Shown here: positions 52,786-60,058 of the stretch, in pieces | Layout of the letters: each line of letters starts with the position of its first letter | Position numbering within the stretch: the first letter of the stretch is position 1 | Assembly: GCA_903894975.1 (NCBI GenBank) | Contig: CAITSE010000074.1 | Span: forward strand, 1-60,058 | DNA length: 60,058 nucleotides | Direction of reading: 5' to 3' | From: an uncultured Lentisphaerota bacterium | GTDB lineage: Bacteria > Verrucomicrobiota > Lentisphaeria > Oligosphaerales > CAITYL01 | Position numbers and translations under genes: made by a program | The notes under the pieces: model-generated | Told to the model about the DNA's origin: nothing | Databases searched by the model: none | Seen by the model: only the letters and a program-made list of their open reading frames with translations

Positions 52786-55443
52786 ATGACCACAACCCGA
52801 ACCACCACCGCCCGATTGCTGGCGCTGACCGCAATCGCTGCCGCCATGTACGCGGAAGTCACCCAGGCCGGGGTTTTTACCTGGACCAACAATATCAAGA
52901 ACAACTGGACCAGCGCCAACTGGAGCGGAAGTTCCGCCGGGTATCCCACCGCCATGGATGACAGTGCTAAATATGTCAGCAACAGTTTCGTTGCCACGAC
53001 TACGCTGAACATCGCCACCGCGACCGTGGGCGTCATCAGCAACAGCGGCAACAAAGTCTGGACAATTGCCGCGGACAGCAATAATTATTCGCTGACCCTG
53101 AACGGCACGGGCGGCGCCCAGATCCTGAACAACAATGTCGGCGGGTTGGTGATCAATCCGAATGTCATCATGGGAAGCAACTTGGCGGTCACAAGCTCCG
53201 CTGCCGGGACGCTCACTCTTGCCGGTGCGATCGACATGGCCGGGCATGACTTGACCGTGCTTGCGGATAAATCGGGCGCAACTTTGGGTGGCGCCATCAC
53301 CGGTGCGGGCAACGTTTCCCTGATTACTAACAATCAAACTACGGCTGCCAGCACCATCACCGTGACATCGTTGAACCATCAGGGTACCCTCACGGTTGAC
53401 GGCACCAAGGGCTCATCCGGAGCCAGCACGGTCACCATCGCCACCCTTGGCGCCAATGTCACAAACGTGACCAAGAACGGCGTCAACGCCTTAGTTCTCA
53501 GCGGCAACAACGGGTACACCGGCGCGATCACCGTTAACGGTGGTTCACTCACCATCAGTGGCAGCAATACCTACACCGGCGCGACCACCGTTAGCGGCGC
53601 CACGCTCACAATCAACAGCGCAAGCGGTGCGATCAACAACTCTCCCCGCATCTCGCTCAATACCAGCACGTTAAATTTGGACTACACCGCGGCAAATATC
53701 GATCGCCTGAAAGACACCGGCACGGTGACACTCAGCCGCAGCACGCTCACACTGACCGCCAACGCCTCCGCGAATACGACCGAAACCATTGGCACGTTTG
53801 GAATTGGCGAAGGCCCCTCGATCGTAACTATTACCTCTGCGTCAGATCGCTTGACCACCTTGGCCGCAGGAGTGTTTTCCCGGGCGAATAACGGCACCAC
53901 GCTCATCCGGGGCTCAAACCTCACCATGGCGACAAGCGCCAGCGCCAGTCGCGTCACCTTTACGGATGGCGGTGCGTCGCTGGGGCTTGTGGGAACCAAT
54001 GTTCTGAACAACGGGGCCGGCAACGATACCACCCAAGGTCTCAAGATTGTTCCCTACCTCACCGGCGACACGTCCCTCTCCGGCGTTGGCGCCAGTTTCC
54101 TCACCTACGACACGACCTTGGGTTTGCGCCAACTCATCGCTGGCGAGTCTACTTCGTTGACCAGCGGGTACACCACCGCGGCCGCCCCAGACAACGCCAG
54201 GGTCGCCTCGACTCTCACGCTGACCAATGCCGCGGGAATTACTGTGAATTCACTCCAGTTTTCTGGGGGAACGAACGCCACCCTCAACAGCACCAACGCC
54301 AATCCCCTGACGGTCAACAGCGGCGCGATCGCCAGCTTTTCCAGTAACGTGAATATGAGTCACACCATCGGCAGCGGGTTTTCGAGCCTTATCCTGGGCA
54401 ACGGAGAAGGAATCGTGACGGTGGCGTACTCCTCAGGCACCATCACGATTGCCGCGCCAATCAATGTGACAAACGGCGGCGGCTTGACTAAAACCGGTTC
54501 CGGCACACTGGCTCTCACCGCGGCCAACCTCTACACGGGTACCACGACGATCAACCAGGGCACGCTCCAGATCGGCAAGGGCGGAACCACCGGTGCGGTT
54601 TCCTCCAATGTCACCAATTTTGCGACATTGTCCTTCAACCGGTCCGATGATGTCCTCTTCAGCAACACCATCAGCGGCATCGGCCAGGTCACACAGATCG
54701 GCACCGGCACTCTAACCTTGTCGGCCAACAACCGTTACAGCGGCGCCACCACAGTCAGCAGCGGCGGCCTGAAAGCCGGAAACGCTGGCGCTTTCGGCAC
54801 GGGCACGGTGACGGTGTCAGGGGGTATCCTGGACCTGACCGCCTACGACATCGCCAACGTGATCAATATCACCGGCACCGCCGCAAGTGTGCGGCTGCGG
54901 GCTTCCACCGGCGCGCTGACGTCCAACTTCGCCGCCGGCAGCAGCTTCCGCGGCTGGCAGCGTGCCGGCACCGGTGCCATCGGACTCTCCACCGCCAGCC
55001 TGCTTTCCGGCACCGCGGTCGGAGCCAGCGCCGTAATCAGTTCCTGGACCAACGACAGGCATGGCAACAGCCAGGTGGTCACGGACGTTTTGGACCTGGC
55101 CGGCACCGGCGCCGCCAACCTGTATGTCCTGCAGATGACCTATGCCGACAGCACACTCAATGATGCCAATGCCAGGCTGATGTACTGGATGTCCGGCTCC
55201 AACCAGTGGGTAAACGCCATCTACGGCAACGGATATACCGGCCCCGAAGGTTCGCCAATCTTGGGCGGGTATGACAACAATCTGACGTTAGGCAACTGGG
55301 GACGGGATACGAACGCCAACACGGTCTGGGCCGTGGTCGACCACAACAGCGAATTCGCTGTGGCCGTGCCCGAACCCGCGGCCCTGGCCCTGCTCGGCCT
55401 GGGCAGCGCCGTCTTGCTTCTGCGACGGCGCAAGAACGGATAA
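52786..55443 (+). CDS. autotransporter-associated beta-strand repeat protein with C-terminal PEP-CTERM sorting signal
   Basis: AAAGGAG RBS. There are many ..G.LTL.G.NTYTG.TTV..G.L.. repeats. The C-terminus is VPEPAALALLGLGSAVLLLRRRKNG* (PEP, TM helix, basic tail). Confidence 0.85.
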   Translation: MTTTRTTTARLLALTAIAAAMYAEVTQAGVFTWTNNIKNNWTSANWSGSSAGYPTAMDDSAKYVSNSFVATTTLNIATATVGVISNSGNKVWTIAADSNNYSLTLNGTGGAQILNNNVGGLVINPNVIMGSNLAVTSSAAGTLTLAGAIDMAGHDLTVLADKSGATLGGAITGAGNVSLITNNQTTAASTITVTSLNHQGTLTVDGTKGSSGASTVTIATLGANVTNVTKNGVNALVLSGNNGYTGAITVNGGSLTISGSNTYTGATTVSGATLTINSASGAINNSPRISLNTSTLNLDYTAANIDRLKDTGTVTLSRSTLTLTANASANTTETIGTFGIGEGPSIVTITSASDRLTTLAAGVFSRANNGTTLIRGSNLTMATSASASRVTFTDGGASLGLVGTNVLNNGAGNDTTQGLKIVPYLTGDTSLSGVGASFLTYDTTLGLRQLIAGESTSLTSGYTTAAAPDNARVASTLTLTNAAGITVNSLQFSGGTNATLNSTNANPLTVNSGAIASFSSNVNMSHTIGSGFSSLILGNGEGIVTVAYSSGTITIAAPINVTNGGGLTKTGSGTLALTAANLYTGTTTINQGTLQIGKGGTTGAVSSNVTNFATLSFNRSDDVLFSNTISGIGQVTQIGTGTLTLSANNRYSGATTVSSGGLKAGNAGAFGTGTVTVSGGILDLTAYDIANVINITGTAASVRLRASTGALTSNFAAGSSFRGWQRAGTGAIGLSTASLLSGTAVGASAVISSWTNDRHGNSQVVTDVLDLAGTGAANLYVLQMTYADSTLNDANARLMYWMSGSNQWVNAIYGNGYTGPEGSPILGGYDNNLTLGNWGRDTNANTVWAVVDHNSEFAVAVPEPAALALLGLGSAVLLLRRRKNG

Positions 55444-55629
55444 CCCACTCCGTGGCAGAGCCCGCGGGCGACGGTCGGTGGGCGCATTCTCAGCGAAAAT
55501 GATCCTCGCGGCCGCCGCTCCGGACTCTGTCGGAAAGCGGCGACGGTGAGTTGTTGCCACCTGGATGACACCGCCGGCTCTTTGTCTAGAGTAAAAGCGC
55601 CTCCATCACCACACCCCGAGTGTTCAGCC

Positions 55630-58600
55630 ATGCGCCCGTTCCTGCTCCTCTCCCTGCTGACCCTGATCACCGTCTCCGCCATGGCCGCCGAGCCGGCGGA
55701 CGATCGCACCCGCCTGAGCTGGATCCACATCGACGGAACGGTCGTGGCGCGCGAACTGGTCGAAGGCCAACCCTTTGAAGTGACGGTGGAATACGAGCTT
55801 ACCGCCGGCCCGGACGCCGTGCTCAGCCTGCAGGGACATGGGCCCTGGATTGATTTGCCCGATGGCAAGTACGAGACCACCCGCCACCATGTGGACTACC
55901 CGGGGCTCAACGCCCAGGTGACGGTGCAACCCGGCCGCGGCCGGCAAGTCTTCAAATTCACAACGCCCAAGCTGTTCGCCCATAACAGCATCCTCTGGCT
56001 AGCCCAGTTCCGCGAGGCCGGCGGCAAGACCTGGCCCTGGCATGTGCGCCAGGGCGGCGGCCCCCTGCGCCGCGCCAACCCGTGGTTCACGCTCGAAAGC
56101 GGCGTGCCCGGCAATCTCTTCACCTACGACCAACCCGTGCGCTTCACCCTGACCCCGGGCACCCGTATCCCCCAGGGCACGGCCATGACCGCCGCCTGGC
56201 GCGTGTTGGGCCGCGATGGCGCGGCGGTCGCGACCGGCACCGCGGCCTTCACCGTGACCGGAACCGGACAGCAGGTGCCGCTGGACCTCGACGTCAAAGC
56301 CCGCGGCGTCTTCGGCCTGGAAGTTGCCATCGCCGGCGGGGAAACCGTAAACACCACCTTCGGCCGCATTCCCGACGTCCTGGCGGCAACCCGGGGCGAA
56401 CCCACCCGTTTCGGGATGCATCACATTGTCCGGCCGGCCATGCCGGAACGGCTTGACCAGAGCATGGACATGGCCCGCCGGATGGGCCTGACCACCTGCC
56501 GCATGTTCGTCTCCTGGAACAACCTCCAGCCGGCCCGGGGCGAATGGCGGCTCGAAGGCTGGGACCGCGCCCTTGACCAGGCCAAAGCCCACGGCATCAT
56601 CTCGTGGTTCTGCCTCGTCGACCCGCCGCCCTGGGTCATGCGCGAGGGGACCTCCGTCCGTTTCCAGCCGTTCACCTTTGACGAGGCCGCCTGGCGCGAC
56701 ACCGTCACCACCCTGACCCGCCGCTGGCGCGGGCGCGTGGCCGGCTGGGAATGGCTCAACGAAATCGTCCCCGGCGATGCCAAGGATCCGGTGAACACCT
56801 ATCTAGCGTTCTGCCGCATCGGCACCGAGGCGGCCAAGGCCGAAGATCCGGCGATACAGACCGCCCTGGCCGGCGGGCTATGGCCACGCAATTTCCGCCT
56901 GGGCCTGCTGGCCGCGGGCGTGGCCAAACAGGTCGACGTGCTGCCCATCCATTACGGCAGCGGCAGCGGCATTCTGGAGGCACGCGCCGATCTTGAGGCC
57001 GCCGGAATCAAAGCCGGCATCGTCTGGGACAACGAAACCGCGCATGGGATCAGTACCTGGAAGATGCCGCTCACGGAAGCTCTGGCCTACCGCGGACAGC
57101 GCGACTGGATCATGGAACACTGGCCGGACGAACTGGCGGCGGGCGCCGCATGCATCCTCTACTTCGGCGGCAGCGGCGATCCGGCCGGCAACTGGGACTA
57201 CGCTTATGAGGATCTCACACCGCGCCCGGTGGCCGCCACCCTCGCCGTGATGGCGGCAAAGTTGCACCGGGCCGTGCCCCAGGGCAGTTTCCGCCTCGGC
57301 GACGACGGCCCCTTCCATCTTTTTGCCGTGGGCGACCACGCCGTGCTGGTGGCGCCCAAGGCCCGCACCGCCGGCGCCTCGGTCCCCCTGATGGCGGGCG
57401 CCAACGCTCTGGTCGTGACCGACGATCAGGGCGAGGAAAACCGCGTGACGGCCAACGGCCCCGCCGTCGCCCTGCCCTTGGGCGAACAGGCCGAATGGGT
57501 CGAAGGTGGAGATCTTGACGTGCTGCGGACTTATACCGTCCCGGAACTGCTGACCCGTCAGGTGGCCTTGCTCGCGGGCCGGGAAGACCAGTTGCGCCTG
57601 CACCTGAACAACCGCTCCGACCACCCCTTGACCGGCACCTTAACCGCCACCCTGCCGGCCGGTTGGCCGGCGGCGGCGCCTGTGCCGTTCACCCTCGCCG
57701 CCGGTGAAACCCAATGGGTGGAAATCCCCTTCCGCGCGGCCGCGGACACTCCGGCGGCGGAACACCGCCTGCAAGTCGTCTGCCGTTTCGAAAACACCCG
57801 CTTGCCCGAAGTCATCCTCCCGTTCACCCTCGCCGTCAGCGATCCCCTTACACTGGGCAACCTCCTGGCCAACAGCGGCTTCGAAATGGTGGACGCGACC
57901 GGCCGGCCCCAGGCCTGGAGCCTGGATAAAAACTCTCAGGCTGTGGCCCCGGAAAATTTTCAGGAAGGCCTGGGCCGCCGGGTCCTGCGCATGAACGGCA
58001 GCACCGGCTGGCAACGGGCCGCCCAGACCCTGGATCTGGCCGGTGGCAAATCCTACCTGTACACCGCCTGGATCAAAAACCGCGACAAGGCGGCAGGCAG
58101 CAACATCGACCAGAAATTCACCCACGGCCCCGCCAAATCACTTTTCACGCCCCAGGTCTTTTCCGCCGGCTCCAACTCCCCGGACTGGCAGTTTGTTTCC
58201 TGCGTCTACCGCGCCCCGGAAAATCTGGCCAAGGCCAGTTTTGTCCCGGTGGCCAAGGGCAACGGCGAAGCGCTCTACGACAACCTGCGGGTGACGCTCT
58301 ACGAGGGCACGGCGTATGCGGCTGAAGCGATGCAGGTCGTCAGGGCCCCGGTCATCGACGGCGATCTTTCCGACTGGGCGGCGGACGCGCCCATCCCGCT
58401 GCTGGGCCCCGGCCAGACCACGATCCACGACCCCGCCTGGAAATGGGCGGCGGAAAACCTGCGCGGCGTAGTGCGCTTTGCCTGGGATGACCGGAACTTA
58501 TACCTGGCCGCCTGGGTGACCGATGACGTGCTCAACGCCCCGGCCACCGGCGACCGCACCCCGGAAAGCGACAGCCTGGTCCTGGCCCTGCATCCCGGCA

Positions 58601-58977
58601 ACCGCGCCGCCGGTGATGATGCCCGCGCTTACGCCTACTACCTTTCTCCGGCCGCGCCCGGCGGCGGCAGCGGCAAGCATACGCTCTACCGGCCGGCAAC
58701 CCATTGCGGCGGATTGAGTTCCGGACAACTGGCGAAAGATTCATCCGTCTACGAACTGGCGATCCGCCGCGACGGTACCCGCACCTTCTATGAAGCCCGC
58801 CTGCCCTGGAGTGAACTTGGCCTCACCGGCCGTACCGGGACCAAACTGGGCTGCTCGCTCCAGCTCAACGACAACGACGGCCGGGGCCGCGCCGCGCATC
58901 TCTCCTGGGGCAGCGGCCTGGATCCGGTCTGGCGCCCCACCGCCTTCGGCGTGCTGACACTGCTGCCCGCTCCGTGA
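55630..58977 (+). CDS. large secreted glycoside-hydrolase-like protein with carbohydrate-binding modules (CBM4/9-like and CBM9/DOMON-like)
   Basis: Signal peptide MRPFLLLSLLTLITVSAMA. TIM-barrel block ..GLTTCRMFVSWNNLQPARGEWRLEGWDRALDQAKAHGI.. CBM-like ..NLLANSGFEMVD..WS.. C-terminal ..IDGDLSDWA..FAWDDRNLYLAAWVTDD.. Confidence 0.65.
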   Translation: MRPFLLLSLLTLITVSAMAAEPADDRTRLSWIHIDGTVVARELVEGQPFEVTVEYELTAGPDAVLSLQGHGPWIDLPDGKYETTRHHVDYPGLNAQVTVQPGRGRQVFKFTTPKLFAHNSILWLAQFREAGGKTWPWHVRQGGGPLRRANPWFTLESGVPGNLFTYDQPVRFTLTPGTRIPQGTAMTAAWRVLGRDGAAVATGTAAFTVTGTGQQVPLDLDVKARGVFGLEVAIAGGETVNTTFGRIPDVLAATRGEPTRFGMHHIVRPAMPERLDQSMDMARRMGLTTCRMFVSWNNLQPARGEWRLEGWDRALDQAKAHGIISWFCLVDPPPWVMREGTSVRFQPFTFDEAAWRDTVTTLTRRWRGRVAGWEWLNEIVPGDAKDPVNTYLAFCRIGTEAAKAEDPAIQTALAGGLWPRNFRLGLLAAGVAKQVDVLPIHYGSGSGILEARADLEAAGIKAGIVWDNETAHGISTWKMPLTEALAYRGQRDWIMEHWPDELAAGAACILYFGGSGDPAGNWDYAYEDLTPRPVAATLAVMAAKLHRAVPQGSFRLGDDGPFHLFAVGDHAVLVAPKARTAGASVPLMAGANALVVTDDQGEENRVTANGPAVALPLGEQAEWVEGGDLDVLRTYTVPELLTRQVALLAGREDQLRLHLNNRSDHPLTGTLTATLPAGWPAAAPVPFTLAAGETQWVEIPFRAAADTPAAEHRLQVVCRFENTRLPEVILPFTLAVSDPLTLGNLLANSGFEMVDATGRPQAWSLDKNSQAVAPENFQEGLGRRVLRMNGSTGWQRAAQTLDLAGGKSYLYTAWIKNRDKAAGSNIDQKFTHGPAKSLFTPQVFSAGSNSPDWQFVSCVYRAPENLAKASFVPVAKGNGEALYDNLRVTLYEGTAYAAEAMQVVRAPVIDGDLSDWAADAPIPLLGPGQTTIHDPAWKWAAENLRGVVRFAWDDRNLYLAAWVTDDVLNAPATGDRTPESDSLVLALHPGNRAAGDDARAYAYYLSPAAPGGGSGKHTLYRPATHCGGLSSGQLAKDSSVYELAIRRDGTRTFYEARLPWSELGLTGRTGTKLGCSLQLNDNDGRGRAAHLSWGSGLDPVWRPTAFGVLTLLPAP

Positions 58978-59055
58978 GGCCGGCTCCCGACGGCCCGCGC
59001 CGGGAGTTCCCGCTTTCGCGGCAAGCTTTCTTTCTCACGCGGAGGCGCGGAACCG

Positions 59056-59895
59056 TCACCCGGAACGGAACCGGGCGGGCGGAACGCCGAAGCGGCGGCT
59101 GAAAGCACGGCTGAAATGAAACGCGCTGGAGTAGCCGAGGTCCGCCGCGATTTCCGCCAGCTTGGCCGGGGCGCCGCCCTGCAGCCATTCCGCGGCCCGG
59201 GCCAGGCGCAGGTTTTCGTAATGCGCCTTGGGCGTGCAGCCAAGCCCCTGCCGGAACAGCAGCCGGAAACGGTGCGCGCCAACGTGCAGGCCGGCCGCCA
59301 AACGGGGCACGGGCAAAGGCCGGGCCGCGGTCTCCTGCATGAGCCGGAGAACCGGCGCCAACCGTTCCGCCGCGGCCGGGCCACACCGGCGACCGGCACG
59401 GTCGGTCGAGGTCCGCCGCCAACGATGACAGAGCAGGAGCAGACGCGCGGACGCCTCCGCTGCGGTTCCCCGGCCGCCGCGCAGCAACCCGGCGCATTCG
59501 TCCAGTTCCCCGGCCTCGCCGGGCGCGACCGGGATACGGAACACGCCGCCCGGGGCAAAGAGCGGGGTACTGCCGGGCTCGCATTCGCACCACCAGAACC
59601 TCCAGTCCGGTTCGCGGCAGCCATAATACCGCACCTTCGATCCCGCAAACAGCGCCAAGGTGCCGGCGCCGCAACTCAGACGCCGGCCGCCGGCCAGTTC
59701 AACCTCCCCTGCCCCGGCCAGGGTCCGCAGCAGAATCAGGCTGTCATCCGTCATGCCGCCGGGGCGGCGGTTGGCATAGGCACCGCCGGCGCGCACCGCC
59801 CAGATCCGACGCAGCAGCAGCGCCCCCGCCGGCGCCGGCGCCGCCGGCTGGTGAAGTTCATTTCTTTTAGTCTTTTTTATATATGTAGAAGTCAT
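59056..59895 (-). CDS. AraC-family transcriptional regulator
   Basis: C-terminal dual HTH ..VPRLAAGLHVGAHRFRLLFRQGLGCTPKAHYENLRLARAAEWL..LAEIAADLGYSSAFHFSRAFSRRFGVPPARFR. First ATG at 59895 (the track start is TTG at 59901). An alternative internal ATG lies at 59754. Confidence 0.75.
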   Translation of the reverse strand: MTSTYIKKTKRNELHQPAAPAPAGALLLRRIWAVRAGGAYANRRPGGMTDDSLILLRTLAGAGEVELAGGRRLSCGAGTLALFAGSKVRYYGCREPDWRFWWCECEPGSTPLFAPGGVFRIPVAPGEAGELDECAGLLRGGRGTAAEASARLLLLCHRWRRTSTDRAGRRCGPAAAERLAPVLRLMQETAARPLPVPRLAAGLHVGAHRFRLLFRQGLGCTPKAHYENLRLARAAEWLQGGAPAKLAEIAADLGYSSAFHFSRAFSRRFGVPPARFRSG

Positions 59896-59973
59896 TTTCA
59901 AGCATGGACGAATCGGGTTAATAACCTATCTTTATTATATAAGGCTCTTGCAGAAGTGCCGCAAGGCAAAAGC

Positions 59974-60058
59974 GGGGTTCAGGGTTCAGGGCCGTGAAAG
60001 CAACTGTCAGATTGTGAAAGTGTTGTACATCCAGCAGACTCTGCCTCCTGAACCCTGA
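59974..60058. repeat. Word-arm foldback hairpin (TTCAGGG words), cut by the window end
   Basis: GGGGTTCAGGGTTCAGGGC (59974-59992) pairs with GCCTCCTGAACCCTGA (60043-60058). The loop contains repeated GTGAAAG words. Confidence 0.55.

Noticed and set aside
194-59648. Many long ORFs antisense to, or out of frame with, the annotated genes. Examples: 194..901 +, 750..1529 +, 1514..2758 +, 6954..8537 +, 16327..17394 -, 18508..20313 +, 19847..21367 +, 33154..34785 +, 34810..36330 +, 40017..41105 -, 43910..45232 +, 47155..48168 +, 50781..51719 -, 58788..59648 -.
   Set aside because: They are typical high-GC shadow ORFs. Their translations are Arg/Gly/Pro/Ala-rich low-complexity sequences without motifs, and each is fully overlapped by an ORF with clear family signatures on the other strand or frame.

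Overview
High-GC (roughly 60% by eye) bacterial chromosomal segment. It carries hallmarks of the PVC superphylum (Verrucomicrobiota, Kiritimatiellota, Lentisphaerota, Planctomycetota): a DUF1559/H-X9-DG prepilin-like protein, an autotransporter-associated beta-strand-repeat protein with a PEP-CTERM anchor, several Gfo/Idh/MocA plus xylose-isomerase-like TIM-barrel genes, and CE4 deacetylases.

Layout:
- Housekeeping genes: rpsU (3' end), metX-metW plus an unknown ORF, pyrH, infC-rpmI-rplT, and a SurA-like PPIase.
- A roughly 11 kb mixed segment (2.7-13.7 kb). It holds a lower-GC PstI/BsuBI-type type II restriction-modification (R-M) cassette butt-joined to the N-terminal stump of another DNA methylase, a truncated IS200/IS605 tnpA and dense structured repeats.
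- Glycan catabolism genes: two large secreted clan GH-A-like hydrolases, three CE4 deacetylases, uxaC, and oxidoreductase/TIM-barrel genes.
- A 13-gene, single-strand surface-polysaccharide operon (24.6-40.0 kb). It encodes the WbpB/WbpD/WbpE/WecB route to a 2,3-diacetamido-mannuronic acid, a WbpG-HisH-HisF acetamidino module, an AsnB-like amidotransferase, Wzx, a Wzy-like protein and two GT4 glycosyltransferases.
- A LacI-type regulator that is frameshifted in this sequence. Its perfect 14-bp palindromic operator recurs in front of a pseudopilin-like gene and a PEP-CTERM adhesin-like gene.

Most unusual signal: an intergenic repeat system. It consists of a 22-nt motif with stop codons in all six frames, which sometimes forms terminal inverted repeats, and long foldback hairpins whose arms are tandem short 'words' that differ between copies. 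Several genes start or stop inside these elements.

No rRNA, tRNA or CRISPR array was recognised. All family calls come from reading the supplied translations. No database search was run.
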